From: Blastocatellia bacterium
GTDB taxonomy: Bacteria > Acidobacteriota > Blastocatellia > UBA7656
DNA: 64,000 nt
Direction of reading: 5' to 3'
Assembly (NCBI GenBank): GCA_963765495.1
Contig: CAVXWP010000001.1
Span: 992,001 to 1,056,000, forward strand
Below the pieces are notes generated by a model, which searched no databases, was not told where the DNA came from, and was given only the letters and a program-made list of their open reading frames with translations. The position numbers and the translations under genes are program-made. Of this stretch, positions 41,631 through 52,228 are shown piece by piece; position 1 is the stretch's first letter, and every line of letters begins with the position of its first letter.

Positions 41631-41663
41631 GAAGTTGCCGCTGTACACAGGAGGACCGATCGA

Positions 41664-44126
41664 ATGCTTTATAAAAGAGTTTCAAGTCTGATACTTGCCC
41701 TGTTCCTGGTGAGCGCAAATATCGCATCACCAGTCCTTGCCACGACGCTGCCTCAAAAGCGAGAGGATAAGAAAGATTCGTCCTCCGTTGCCTCGCGGCC
41801 CGATCTTAAGGAGCGCCTTGCCGCAATAGAGAAGGCCATTGACGAGAAACGCGACGCGCTTGGTATACCCGGGCTCTCGCTTGTAATCGTCAAAGATGAC
41901 AAGGTGATTTATAAGAAAGGGCTTGGCTTCAAAGATGCCGAACGCAAACTTGGTGTCACACCCGCGACGCTTTTTGCCATTGGCTCCTGCACAAAGGCCT
42001 TTACCGCTATGGCGGCCGTGATGAGCGCCGACGAAGGAAAGCTCTCTCTTGATGATTCGCCAAAGAAATACCTGCCCTATTTCAAGCTACAAGACCCGGA
42101 GGCCGATCAGAATGTCACTATCCGTGACCTGCTCTGTCACAGAACGGGCCTCGACAACACCGATATTGCCTGGTACACGGGCGTGCTTAACCGCGAAGGG
42201 GTCATAAAGGTAGCCGGTAACGCAAAGCCTACCGCAAAATTCAGAGAGAAGTTTCAATATCAGAACGTGATGTTCAGCGCGGCGGGCGAAGTCGTAGCCC
42301 GTGCGCAGAACTCTACCTGGGAACAGATAATCGCCAATCGTTTCTTCAAGCCGCTCGGGATGAAGGCTAGCAATACATCGGCCAAACAGATGCTGAAGTC
42401 ATCAGATTTCGCTATCGGTTATAAGCTTGCCGACAAGAAATCCGAACCCCTTGCCCTGCGTGATCTGACCAACATCGCTCCCGCGGGAGCCATCAATTCG
42501 AATGCAAACGACATGGGGCAGTGGCTGCGATTGATGCTCGGAGGAGGCGTGTTCGAAGGCAAACGGCTCGTCTCTGAAAAAGGCTTTAACGAACTTCTGA
42601 CAAAACAGATAAGCATCGGCGGCAGCCTGAGCGGCTACGCGCTCGGCTGGGGTACGGGAGAGTGGCGGGGGCACCGACTGGCCCTGCATAGCGGCGGTAT
42701 TGACGGCTTCAACTCGCTTGTAGTGCTGGCCCCTGACGACAGTCTTGGATTTGTCCTGCTGACTAATGTGACTTCCTCGCCCATACTCGGCGCTGCCAGA
42801 GAGATAGTGCTGTCGAATCTCATCACCGTGCCTGAGCCCGAGGCCTCGACCTCAGGCAAAACCCCCTCGGTTGATCCGAAAACGGAAACGGGCAAATACA
42901 AGTTTGCGGCGGCGGGTTTAAATATCGAGATAGTCTTTCGTGACGGCAATCTTGTTGCCATAGTGCCGGGGCAGCCCGATTATCCGCTCATAAATGTCGG
43001 CGGGCGCAGATACAAACTTGGCGCGCCCGCTCCCGACGGCTTCTACATGACGTTTCGCCCGGTTAAAGAGAAAGAGTCTGAAACGGAAATGTATCTGGAA
43101 CAGCCACAGGGCAATTTTGTCCTGCCCAAATTGAGCGCGGACGCGGAAACCGATGCCGCCCCCACACTGGCAACCTATTCGGGCAACTACGAAGAATTGC
43201 CCGGAAAGTACCAGAAAAATAATCAGTCAATCGAGGTCAAATCGAAGGAAGGTAATCTGATTCTGGTAGTGCCGGGCCAGCCGCCATATACACTGGTCGA
43301 AAAAGAGAAGGATCAGTTCGGCGCTGCCGAATTGCCCGATTCCTACGGGTTGAATGTCAAGCGCGGGGAAGACGGCAAGATAACTGCCATCTCGCTCAAA
43401 CAGCCCCAGGGAGAGTTTGAATTCACAAGAATGAATGAGCCTGCCGGTGAGTCGGGGTCGCTTTCAGTCGAAGAGTTGATGGCCAGAGTCATAGAGGCAT
43501 CGGGCGGCGAAGCAAATATCCGCAAGCATAAAACGATGATGGTGACAGGCGATCTGATTTTTGAAAATCAGGGTCTGACCGGCCATGTCATAAACATGTC
43601 CAGAGCGCCTGCCTCGATTGCTTCTATGATGACTTTTATCGGGCTTGGCAAGGAGATAGGAACCGTGCACGAGCATTTCGACGGCGCAAAGGGCGGCTCC
43701 GAGACAAGCTTTTCTCCGCCCGAAGTCTATGGCGACAAACTGGCGAGCGAGGCCCGTATTACGGCTGATTTCTATCAGCCGCTCGGCTGGAAAGAGCTCT
43801 TCGAAAGCGTAACCATAAAGCAGATGTCGAAAGTAGGCGATGAAGATGTTTACGTGGTTGTAAAGAAGCCGAAAGAAGGCACACCCGTAACCGATTACAT
43901 CTCGGCGAAAACCTTTCTGGTGCTCAAACGCGATATGGTAAAGACGACAGGTGATGGAGCGATTCCCGTGACCGAATCCTACAGCGATTACAGGTCCGTC
44001 GATGGTGTGATGGTTCCGTTTGAAATCCATACCTCGCAACCCGGCTTCGGCTCTGTCATCGCTCAGGTAAAAGATGTCAAGTTCGACGTAGAGATTTCCG
44101 ATGCCGAGTTTGAGGCAAAGAACTGA
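41664..44126 (+). CDS. secreted serine hydrolase (beta-lactamase/AmpC-like) with extra C-terminal domains
   Basis: SCTK (SxxK), YQN and HSGG motifs, with an AGGAGG RBS and signal peptide. Confidence 0.9.
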   Translation: MLYKRVSSLILALFLVSANIASPVLATTLPQKREDKKDSSSVASRPDLKERLAAIEKAIDEKRDALGIPGLSLVIVKDDKVIYKKGLGFKDAERKLGVTPATLFAIGSCTKAFTAMAAVMSADEGKLSLDDSPKKYLPYFKLQDPEADQNVTIRDLLCHRTGLDNTDIAWYTGVLNREGVIKVAGNAKPTAKFREKFQYQNVMFSAAGEVVARAQNSTWEQIIANRFFKPLGMKASNTSAKQMLKSSDFAIGYKLADKKSEPLALRDLTNIAPAGAINSNANDMGQWLRLMLGGGVFEGKRLVSEKGFNELLTKQISIGGSLSGYALGWGTGEWRGHRLALHSGGIDGFNSLVVLAPDDSLGFVLLTNVTSSPILGAAREIVLSNLITVPEPEASTSGKTPSVDPKTETGKYKFAAAGLNIEIVFRDGNLVAIVPGQPDYPLINVGGRRYKLGAPAPDGFYMTFRPVKEKESETEMYLEQPQGNFVLPKLSADAETDAAPTLATYSGNYEELPGKYQKNNQSIEVKSKEGNLILVVPGQPPYTLVEKEKDQFGAAELPDSYGLNVKRGEDGKITAISLKQPQGEFEFTRMNEPAGESGSLSVEELMARVIEASGGEANIRKHKTMMVTGDLIFENQGLTGHVINMSRAPASIASMMTFIGLGKEIGTVHEHFDGAKGGSETSFSPPEVYGDKLASEARITADFYQPLGWKELFESVTIKQMSKVGDEDVYVVVKKPKEGTPVTDYISAKTFLVLKRDMVKTTGDGAIPVTESYSDYRSVDGVMVPFEIHTSQPGFGSVIAQVKDVKFDVEISDAEFEAKN

Positions 44127-44140
44127 TCTTCGATGCGGTG

Positions 44141-44182
44141 TCTGAGATTTGAGGTCTGAAAGTTCAGACCTCAAATCTCAGA
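44141..44182. repeat. perfect 20-bp hairpin of the CAAATCT family between convergent genes
   Basis: tctgagatttgaggtctgaa-ag-ttcagacctcaaatctcaga. Confidence 0.88.
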
Positions 44183-44188
44183 TTGCTT

Positions 44189-45025
44189 TTACTGGCCGCT
44201 CAGATATTCGCGCAGGATATTGGTGAGGGCCGTCAACCACAAATGCGTGCTCCAGCGCGACAGGGTTTTCCTGACGGTTTGATTTTCCTCGTGCTGCCAG
44301 GCGTTGGATATGGCGGCCGATGTCAGACCTCCGAGAAGGAAAGATATATTTGGCTGATCGCCGCTGCGATCCCCCTGAGTTATAAACAACCGGCTCACCG
44401 CATAACCTATCTTGCCTCCCGTGCTCTTTTTGTTGGAGCGGTGATAGCGAGGGTCCTGTTTGAAGATCGTTGCGTAAGCGAATTTTTCAAAGAAGCTGTT
44501 TGTGATGCGTGTGCCAAAGCTCCGTCCCGCGCGCGCAATCGCGTCGCCCATGAAGTTGCTGAAATCATCGTCTTTAGGGCCGTTATTATCCAGCAATTCG
44601 TTGAACAGACCCGTGAAAAGCGACTGAGCATAGGGTCCGGGCGGGGCAAATGCGCTCTTCATAGCGAGGTTGAATTTTTCCCCCGCCGTCATGGGTGCGG
44701 TGCTGGCTCTGGGCGGCGGCGGCGCAGGGAGCGGTCCCGGGTTGGCGGGAACGAGTGTTTCAGCCCCATCGGGTTGTGCTTTCATCGCATCGCTGAAAAT
44801 GATGGACGCAATCATTGGTGGATTTGAAGCATTGCTCCCTTCGGGACTCGATGCCTGAACGGGAGCAGGCTCAACGGCTTTATCCGAGCCTGTGGCTCGG
44901 CTCTCTTTTGCTTTTTTGTCCGATGTGTCGCTTGCAGTCGCGGTTTGCGCAAGCGACAGCAGCAACGCGACGATAAGCAGAGAGACAAACGACTTTATCC
45001 CGGCTCGTTGAACTATGTTGAGCAT
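44189..45025 (-). CDS. exported hypothetical protein (acidobacterial type)
   Basis: Signal peptide; PMTAGEKF..., FKQDPRYHRS and AISNAW. Confidence 0.75.
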   Translation of the reverse strand: MLNIVQRAGIKSFVSLLIVALLLSLAQTATASDTSDKKAKESRATGSDKAVEPAPVQASSPEGSNASNPPMIASIIFSDAMKAQPDGAETLVPANPGPLPAPPPPRASTAPMTAGEKFNLAMKSAFAPPGPYAQSLFTGLFNELLDNNGPKDDDFSNFMGDAIARAGRSFGTRITNSFFEKFAYATIFKQDPRYHRSNKKSTGGKIGYAVSRLFITQGDRSGDQPNISFLLGGLTSAAISNAWQHEENQTVRKTLSRWSTHLWLTALTNILREYLSGQ

Positions 45026-45246
45026 ATTTCACCTCTGCAAAAGAAAATATGTTTCTGTACTACGACGGGTCATACTACCATAACCTTCTGCAATCTCGAA
45101 ACGAAACTTCTCCCTTGTCTTGCGGGCAGACTGATCCTTTTACCTTCCTTATCCAGTTTCTGCGGAAAACTGAATGGCCCTGCCGATTGCATGAGGTATA
45201 GAATAACTCTTCCGATTCCAGTTCGGATTATCAGGAGGTAAATCTA

Positions 45247-46872
45247 ATGTTGTATACGGGGACTCCGCTCAAAGTGTTACTGCCGCTCGTAGCGGCCTTG
45301 ATAGCCCTGCTTGCCGGAGACGGGGGGAGCCAGCAGTCAAAGCTGGGCAAGATTGATTTCCCTACCTCCGGGTCAGCAGATGCGCAGGCGCATTTCCTGC
45401 GAGGGGTCGCCGCGCTGCATTCATTCTGGTATGAAGAGGCTCTGGATGAATTTCAACAGGCGACAAAGCTAGACCCCGATTTCGCTATGGGCTACTGGGG
45501 CGAGGCGATGACCTACAATCACCCGCTCTGGCGTCAACAGGACCTGGAGGCGGCCAGAAAGTCGCTTGAAAAGATCAAAGAGACCGACAGGCTCACGCCA
45601 AAAGAGCGCGCCTTTATCAACGCGATAAAGGTGCTTTACGGCGAAGGCGACAAACTCGCGCGCGACATCGCTTACTCGAAGGCTATGGAGAAAATCCATC
45701 TCGACTATCCCGATGATCTGGAGGCCTCGGCCTTTTACGCGCTGTCGCTTTTGGGTACGGTTCGCTTTGGCGACAAAGGATTTGCTCGACAGATGAAAGC
45801 CGCCGCAATCGCGCTCGATGTTTATCAGAAGAATCCTGACCATCCGGGCGCGGCGCACTACATAATTCATGCCTTCGACGATCCTGAGCACGCTATTCTG
45901 GCCCTTCCGGCTGCGCGCCGCTATGCCGAGATCGCGCCCGAAGCGCATCATGCGCGGCATATGCCTTCGCACATTTTCCTTCAGCTCGGAATGTGGCCCG
46001 AAGCCGCCCGTTCAAACGAATCTGCGTGGGCCGTCTCCGACGCGTGGGTGCAGCGCAAAGGGCTGGGCGTGAGCCAGCGCGATTATCACAGTCTCTCGTG
46101 GCTGCTCTACGTTTATATGCAGCAGGGGCGATACTCAAAAGCCGAAGAGTTGCTCGCGCTGATGAGAAAGACAATCGAAGAGGCGGGCGCAAGCAATCAT
46201 CTGCAAAGTGTCTACACCACGATGGCGACTACCTATGCCGTCGAGTCCGAGCGATGGCAGATGCTGGACACGCTGTTTGCCGCAAGTGATGCAAAAGGCG
46301 AGGAGGCAAATCACCACGGCGGAGGGATGGGTTACGGTTCTGACGAAAAAAACACACGCATAGCCTTCGCTCACGGTCTTGCCGCAGAAGACGCAGAAAA
46401 ATACATCGCCTCGCTTGCTGAAAGTCGCAAGCAACAACAAGCGGGCGACCCGTATCAGGCGAAACAGACCGAGATTATGGAACTCGGGGTAACCGCCGTG
46501 ACTCTTACCAGGAAGAGAGAGTTCGACAAGGCTATTGAGTTAATGAAAAAAGCGACCGCGCTTGAAGAAGAACTCTCTCCGCCGTCGGGGCCGCCCGATC
46601 TGATAAAGCCCTCGCACGAAGTCTTTGGCGAAATACTGCTCGCCGCGAATCGTCCAAAGGAAGCCATCCATCAATTCGAGGTCTCTTTACAGAGACAGCC
46701 GAACCGGGCGCGCTCGCTCCTGGGTCTTGCCCGGGCGCTGGCCCGGAGTGACGATAAGTCGGCGGCTCTGTCGGCCTATACCCATTTCCTCCAAGTGTGG
46801 AAAGAGGCCGACGGGAAACTGCCGGAACTGGCCGAAGCACAGGAGTATCTGGGGCAGACAAGCTCGCGTTAA
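45247..46872 (+). CDS. secreted TPR-repeat protein with conserved His motifs
   Basis: FLRGVAALHSFWY, PDHPGAAHYIIHAFD and HARHMPSHIF. Confidence 0.8.
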   Translation: MLYTGTPLKVLLPLVAALIALLAGDGGSQQSKLGKIDFPTSGSADAQAHFLRGVAALHSFWYEEALDEFQQATKLDPDFAMGYWGEAMTYNHPLWRQQDLEAARKSLEKIKETDRLTPKERAFINAIKVLYGEGDKLARDIAYSKAMEKIHLDYPDDLEASAFYALSLLGTVRFGDKGFARQMKAAAIALDVYQKNPDHPGAAHYIIHAFDDPEHAILALPAARRYAEIAPEAHHARHMPSHIFLQLGMWPEAARSNESAWAVSDAWVQRKGLGVSQRDYHSLSWLLYVYMQQGRYSKAEELLALMRKTIEEAGASNHLQSVYTTMATTYAVESERWQMLDTLFAASDAKGEEANHHGGGMGYGSDEKNTRIAFAHGLAAEDAEKYIASLAESRKQQQAGDPYQAKQTEIMELGVTAVTLTRKREFDKAIELMKKATALEEELSPPSGPPDLIKPSHEVFGEILLAANRPKEAIHQFEVSLQRQPNRARSLLGLARALARSDDKSAALSAYTHFLQVWKEADGKLPELAEAQEYLGQTSSR

Positions 46873-47087
46873 AGCCTTTGTGATGACTGCCGGGCTACGC
46901 AATCTTGTACATTGAAACAAATGCTGATGTAGAGAAAAGCTACATCGCCTTCCGTGACAGGTCTGTAATAATGCCTCACAATCTGGATCTAAACGGTCCA
47001 AAATAGCCCTTTATCCGTGGTCCGCCGATTGCTGAAACTGATTTATCTCTATTGGTTTTAAATCCGGTTTAATGGGCTGGACTATTG

Positions 47088-47549
47088 ATGGATATTCAAA
47101 TTGATTCGTCGGTAATCGGACCGCTAAAAATTTTGCTTGTTGATGACGATGTATTCGTACACGAGATGTTGGATGCCTTGCTTAACAAGGATCAGTTTTT
47201 GCAATTTGCCGTAACAAATGTCGCGGATGCCATGAGGTATATGGAGAATGAAACGCCCGATATTATAATCACCGATGCGATGATGCCGGGCGAAAGCGGT
47301 TTCAGCCTTATACACAAGTTAAAATCCGAATCTCGAACCAGGGAGATACCTGTCATTTTGTTGACCATACTTCAGAAGCCGGACGGGTCTGTAATGGACG
47401 CAAGCGGCAAGGCCGACATCTGCGTCACCAAGCCTCTGTATCTATCAGACATCGAATCCGCGCTGGCGGAGGCGAAGCGTCTGGTCAAGACCCGCAGGGC
47501 TATTGATGTAAGTATCCCTAAACCGGAAATCATCCATGTGGATATTTAG
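47088..47549 (+). CDS. single-domain response regulator
   Basis: LLVDDD, ITDAMMPGESG and VTKP. Confidence 0.9.
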   Translation: MDIQIDSSVIGPLKILLVDDDVFVHEMLDALLNKDQFLQFAVTNVADAMRYMENETPDIIITDAMMPGESGFSLIHKLKSESRTREIPVILLTILQKPDGSVMDASGKADICVTKPLYLSDIESALAEAKRLVKTRRAIDVSIPKPEIIHVDI

Positions 47550-47580
47550 CAATGACGGTCGAGGGGGGTTGCTCGGCGCG

Positions 47581-47955
47581 ATGACTCAATCTTATAACGG
47601 CAACGATACACATCTGATAGACCGTTCCGAGCTTTTATTGAGCGTAGATGGAGACACGCAACTGCTTGGTGTGCTAACGAATCTTTTTCTAAAGCATTGC
47701 CCGCAACAATTGGCCGATATCGGGCGCGCAATCGAGCGGAAGGAAAGCGAGGCCCTGGCGCGCACGGCCCATGCATTGAGGGGAGGCGCGGGACACTTTC
47801 TCACTCGAACCGCTTATAAGTTATTAACCGATCTGGAAATGATCGGGAAAGAGGGACGCCTCGACGATGTTGAAGGATTGCTTGAAGAGTTAGAGGCTGA
47901 AATGCTTGCGGTCGAGCGAGAGCTATCCGCATTCGTGATAGAACAACCCGTCTGA
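47581..47955 (+). CDS. stand-alone Hpt phosphotransfer protein
   Basis: VDGDTQLL..LFL, LARTAHALRGGAG. Confidence 0.88.
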   Translation: MTQSYNGNDTHLIDRSELLLSVDGDTQLLGVLTNLFLKHCPQQLADIGRAIERKESEALARTAHALRGGAGHFLTRTAYKLLTDLEMIGKEGRLDDVEGLLEELEAEMLAVERELSAFVIEQPV

Positions 47956-48004
47956 AAAAATCTTAAGACGTCTGATTGCCTTAAGATTTTTTCGGACGGG
48001 TTGT
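47943..48004. terminator. 25-bp inverted repeat between convergent hpt and sucC
   Basis: 47943-47967 pairs with 47980-48004 (one wobble) and includes the Hpt stop codon. Confidence 0.7.
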
Positions 48005-48020
48005 AGGAAATCTTACCCGA

Positions 48021-49181
48021 TTATTTCCCGGCCAGGGCGACCACTTTTTCGGCCGCGTCCTTCATCCCGGAAGCAGTAGTGAAATTCAGGCCGGAGGTCT
48101 CTATCACCTCGCGCCCGCGCTCGACATTGGTTCCTTCGAGCCTGACGACCACAGGCACCTCGATGCCTATCTTGCGCGCGGCTTCGACCACACCCGTAGC
48201 AACCATATCGGTTCGCACTATGCCGCCAAAGATGTTTATCAACACGGCCTTTACGTTAGGGTCGGAAAGCAGAATCCTGAAGGCGTTCTCGACCCGCTCC
48301 TGAGATGCGCCACCGCCTACATCGAGAAAGTTGGCAGGCTCGCCGCCCGCCAGCTTTATGATGTCCATAGTCGCCATAGCGAGCCCCGCCCCGTTGACCA
48401 TGCATCCGATATTGCCGTCCAGCTTGATGTAATTCAGATCGAATTTCGAAGCCTCGATTTCAAGCGGGTCTTCTTCGTTCAGGTCGCGCAATTCGGCGTA
48501 GCTCTTATGGCGAAACATCGCGTTATCGTCAAAGTTCAGCTTTGCATCGAGCGCGTATAACTGATTGTCTTCCGTCAGCAGGAAGGGGTTGATCTCGAGG
48601 AGCGAAGCGTCCAGATCGACAAAAGCGCGATAGAGCGCAATCATAAAGCCAGCCGCTTTGTTTATGACCTCTTTTGGCAACCCTATGCCGAAGGCCAGCT
48701 TGCGAGCCTGAAAGGGCAATAGCCCTACGGCCGGGTCTATCGGCTCTTTCAATATCTTTTCCGGCTCGGTCGCGGCCACTTCTTCTATGTCCATGCCGCC
48801 TGCGGACGATGCCATAAAGACGAGGCGCGAGAGAGCGCGATCCAAAACTATCCCGAGATAAAATTCCTGTTTGATCTTCAGCCCTTCTTCGATCAGGAGG
48901 GTGCGCACCTCGCGGCCTTCGGGGCCGGTCTGGTGCGTAACCAGATTCATGCCGAGGATCTGCCGGGCTATCTCTTCGGCCTCGTCAGCCGTGCGAGCGA
49001 GTTTTACGCCGCCGCCCTTGCCGCGCCCGCCCGCGTGTATCTGCGCTTTTACGACCACGGGCAGGCCGAGTCTTTCCACAATTGCGCGCACTTCATCGGT
49101 CGATGTTACGACCTCGCCGCGCGGGACCGTCACTCCATATTTCGCCAGAAGCTGCTTGCCTTGATATTCGTGTATCTTCAT
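48021..49181 (-). CDS. sucC: succinyl-CoA synthetase beta subunit
   Basis: [34 protein letters not shown] and NFLDVGGGA. Confidence 0.98.
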   Translation of the reverse strand: MKIHEYQGKQLLAKYGVTVPRGEVVTSTDEVRAIVERLGLPVVVKAQIHAGGRGKGGGVKLARTADEAEEIARQILGMNLVTHQTGPEGREVRTLLIEEGLKIKQEFYLGIVLDRALSRLVFMASSAGGMDIEEVAATEPEKILKEPIDPAVGLLPFQARKLAFGIGLPKEVINKAAGFMIALYRAFVDLDASLLEINPFLLTEDNQLYALDAKLNFDDNAMFRHKSYAELRDLNEEDPLEIEASKFDLNYIKLDGNIGCMVNGAGLAMATMDIIKLAGGEPANFLDVGGGASQERVENAFRILLSDPNVKAVLINIFGGIVRTDMVATGVVEAARKIGIEVPVVVRLEGTNVERGREVIETSGLNFTTASGMKDAAEKVVALAGK

Positions 49182-49190
49182 TCATTCGTC

Positions 49191-51440
49191 CTATCTGCTG
49201 GTGGCTTTACCGCTGACAGCGCCGCGCTGGATCGTGAGGATATAGACGCCGCTTGAAAAGCTGCCGGCGTAAATGCGGTCCCGCTCGAAGGGGTCGAACG
49301 TGATCGTCCACACGCGGTTGCTCGGAAGTTCGGTGTCTATGCGTTCCCAGGTGTAGCCCTTGTCGCCCGAACGGTATATCCCACCTCGTGAATAATCCGA
49401 TACCATCATTTCGTCGGGATTGACCGGATTGATCACAACGGTAGTGTAATCGCCTGCGGGCAATCCATTGCCCCTGCGTATCCAACTCCGCCCGCCGTTT
49501 GTCGAGCGGTACACAAACTGATTTGTGCCGACGATGACCAGATTCGGGTCGCGCGGGTCCTGCGCTATCGTCTTCACAGCCATATCGCTCGGCCCCCGCT
49601 CGACCTGCGACCACGTTGCCCCTCCATTGTCAGATATGTAGAGCCCTGACTGTGTGCCCGCGAATATTTTTTCAGACATCTGTTTGTGAACCGATACGGA
49701 AAGCACTCGGCTCGCTCCGCCTACATAAATCTTTTCCCACCCCTTGGTTTCATCCGTGGTGCGATAGAGCCCGTCCATTGCGGCGGCCCACAACACGCGA
49801 TGGCCTTCGCTGTCTACGTAGCCCGACAGGTCGTCGACCTGAGTCGACAACTCAACCATAGGCGGCCCGGCAGGCTCTGCCGGTTTTGGCGCAGCTTTCT
49901 TGACGGGTGCTTTTCTGGTCGATTTTTTTGTCCGCTTCTTCGATGAACGGCGTTGATAGGCTACGGTCTGAATCTCGTACTGTTCATCGGAGGCCGGGGA
50001 ATAGACTGCGGGTGATGCCGCATCGGCGCGCCTTCTGCTTTTGCGCCTCGGTTTTGCTGCCGGTTTGGCCTTCTCTTTTTCGACGTAATTCCAGCTTGCG
50101 CCGCCGTCGCTTGAGCGATAGACGCCGCTGTTTGTGCCCGCGTATATGACGCTCGGATCATCGGCGGCCTGGAAAAAAGCGAAGACATCGCGTGTGCCAA
50201 GACCGCGCGAAGCAGACTGCCACGTCTCGCCCTTGTCTGTGGAAGAAAAGACGCTGCCCGCCTGTCCGTCGTGATAAACGCTTGCAAGCAATCGGCCTCG
50301 CTCGTTTGTTTCCGGCAGGATGGCAAGAACGTGCCTGTGAATAAATCCCGCGTTCGCGTCAGAGAAGTCATCGCCCAGGTTATTTGAAACCCGCACGCCG
50401 AAATCATCTGTTGCTATCATCACGCGATTGGGGTTTGAAGGGTGAATCACTATCGCGCGAATCACTACGTTTTTGGATGTCAACAGCATCCACCGTTTGC
50501 CACCGTCTTTGCTGCGCCAGAGCCCTTCGCTTGTCCCGGCAAATATGACATTGGGCATAGTCGGGTGCGTTCGCAGAGCGTAGGTGCGGCGAGCGCTGAA
50601 GGGTATGCCCGGCAGCTTTGCCCACTTCTCGCCGCTCGATGTCGAGCGATAGATTCCACTACAGGCATTCATATAAACGAGCGAACCGTCAGCCGGGTCT
50701 ACGCTGATCCCCATTATGTCTGAATCGTCTATCATCCCGCTCGCTTTATAGCCGGTCTGCTTCCATGTCTTGCCGCCATCCGAAGTCTTCCACGGCAGGT
50801 GGTGCGTCCCTACGTAGATGATGTCGGTGTTGACCGGGTCGATTGCAGCCGAATTGATATTGCGGATTTCTGGGTTGTCTTCGGGCGAGATGCGGGTCCA
50901 GTCTTTGCCTGCGTCTGTCGAGCGATAAACACCGTGTCGGTCTCCGACTATCAGGAAATTGGAATCCGAAGGCGCGATTGCTATGGACATGATGATCATC
51001 CCTTTTGTGTCCTTGAGCAATTGCCAGTGCTCGCCGCCGTCTGTGCTCTTGAAGATACCCTGATCCTCGACTCCCTGAGCGACCGCCCACGCGCCCGCAT
51101 ACATGATTTTGGTATTGCGCGGGTCGATGACTATGTTGTCGATAGAGAGCCCGCGTTCGCCAAGCCCCGGTTTAAGCCTCTGCCAGGTCCCGGCGCCGTT
51201 TGTAGATCGGAAAATCTGACCGTCGCTCGTGCCGAGATAAAGGAGTTCGGGGTTGTCAGGCGATCCCACCATCGCCCGCACGTCTCCGCCCCACGGCCCG
51301 GTAATCTCCCACCTGCGCACTTCGCCGTCGGAATCGGTGCTTGAGAGAACATCGTGATGTGGGGTGTCAGCCAGAACCGCCATTCCTGTCATTGAGGCAA
51401 TTAAAGTGAAGATGAGGAGGTAACGAACAGATTTAGTCAC
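49191..51440 (-). CDS. secreted BNR/Asp-box (VPS10/YCF48-like) beta-propeller protein
   Basis: Many S.DGG.TW Asp-boxes, a signal peptide and a GTG start after AAGGAG. Confidence 0.88.
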   Translation of the reverse strand: MTKSVRYLLIFTLIASMTGMAVLADTPHHDVLSSTDSDGEVRRWEITGPWGGDVRAMVGSPDNPELLYLGTSDGQIFRSTNGAGTWQRLKPGLGERGLSIDNIVIDPRNTKIMYAGAWAVAQGVEDQGIFKSTDGGEHWQLLKDTKGMIIMSIAIAPSDSNFLIVGDRHGVYRSTDAGKDWTRISPEDNPEIRNINSAAIDPVNTDIIYVGTHHLPWKTSDGGKTWKQTGYKASGMIDDSDIMGISVDPADGSLVYMNACSGIYRSTSSGEKWAKLPGIPFSARRTYALRTHPTMPNVIFAGTSEGLWRSKDGGKRWMLLTSKNVVIRAIVIHPSNPNRVMIATDDFGVRVSNNLGDDFSDANAGFIHRHVLAILPETNERGRLLASVYHDGQAGSVFSSTDKGETWQSASRGLGTRDVFAFFQAADDPSVIYAGTNSGVYRSSDGGASWNYVEKEKAKPAAKPRRKSRRRADAASPAVYSPASDEQYEIQTVAYQRRSSKKRTKKSTRKAPVKKAAPKPAEPAGPPMVELSTQVDDLSGYVDSEGHRVLWAAAMDGLYRTTDETKGWEKIYVGGASRVLSVSVHKQMSEKIFAGTQSGLYISDNGGATWSQVERGPSDMAVKTIAQDPRDPNLVIVGTNQFVYRSTNGGRSWIRRGNGLPAGDYTTVVINPVNPDEMMVSDYSRGGIYRSGDKGYTWERIDTELPSNRVWTITFDPFERDRIYAGSFSSGVYILTIQRGAVSGKATSR

Positions 51441-51615
51441 GGGGCTTTGCTCCTTACTTTGGTGATTTATTCCTGAAGAAATTCTGCGCAATCCCATTTC
51501 TTGCTGCCTGGTTGACACACTATACAATAGAAGCCTTTGCGATACCAGACTGCAACATAATCGTAACAGGTCTTTCAGGCTTCGAATCGCTTGCGCCTCT
51601 GTAGGGGCTTCATGC

Positions 51616-52128
51616 TTACTTTGAAAGCGCCTCGCGCGCTACGAAATTGAGAGCATCCTTTGCGGTGACGATACCTGTGACGCGGCCTTCGCGGGTGATC
51701 GGAATGTGGCGAAACCCTCCGACCGACATTTTGTTGAGCGCAAAGCGCAGGCTGTCTGCGGCCTCGATCGTCTCAGGCGAGCGGGTCATCACATCGCGCA
51801 CCAGCAGGTCGCTGAGATCGCTTTTTGTGCACGCAAATTTCAACAACACATCGCGCTCGGTGAATATACCGACCAGGAGTTGATCGGCGACCACCAGCAC
51901 ACACCCTGTATGCCCTTCTCTCATCAGCCGGATGGCTTCCGCCACCGAAGTATCAGGGGCGACAACGACAGGCTCCGACTGCACGATGGCGCTCACAGGC
52001 TCTTCCATAATCAGCCTCTGAAGGCCGCGAGTCGGTTGCGGCACATCGCGGTCTCTGAGCGGTTCCATGCAGTTGACGCAGCGGTCAGTGCCTTCGAGGT
52101 TTTCATCTCCACATCGCGGACAAACCAT
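51616..52128 (-). CDS. zinc-ribbon + CBS-pair protein
   Basis: CPRCG..CVNC, VGIFTERD, MTRSPET and GGFRHIP. Confidence 0.9.
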   Translation of the reverse strand: MVCPRCGDENLEGTDRCVNCMEPLRDRDVPQPTRGLQRLIMEEPVSAIVQSEPVVVAPDTSVAEAIRLMREGHTGCVLVVADQLLVGIFTERDVLLKFACTKSDLSDLLVRDVMTRSPETIEAADSLRFALNKMSVGGFRHIPITREGRVTGIVTAKDALNFVAREALSK

Positions 52129-52154
52129 CGGGATTCTCCGTATTCTCCGTATCC

Positions 52155-52228
52155 GGGTGTCAGGAGCCGGAGGTCGGGGATGAAAAAAACGTTTCTGCTC
52201 TCAACCCCGGCCCCCGGCTCCCGACCCC
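52155..52228. repeat. GGGGYCR-armed palindromic element
   Basis: gggtgtcaggagccggaggtcgggg...ccccggcccccggctcccgacccc, overlapping the korB TAG. Confidence 0.8.

Noticed and set aside
41442-41663. N-terminal extension of the serine hydrolase in the ORF track
   Set aside because: It overlaps recO and translates a heptamer repeat. The RBS and signal peptide support a start at 41664.
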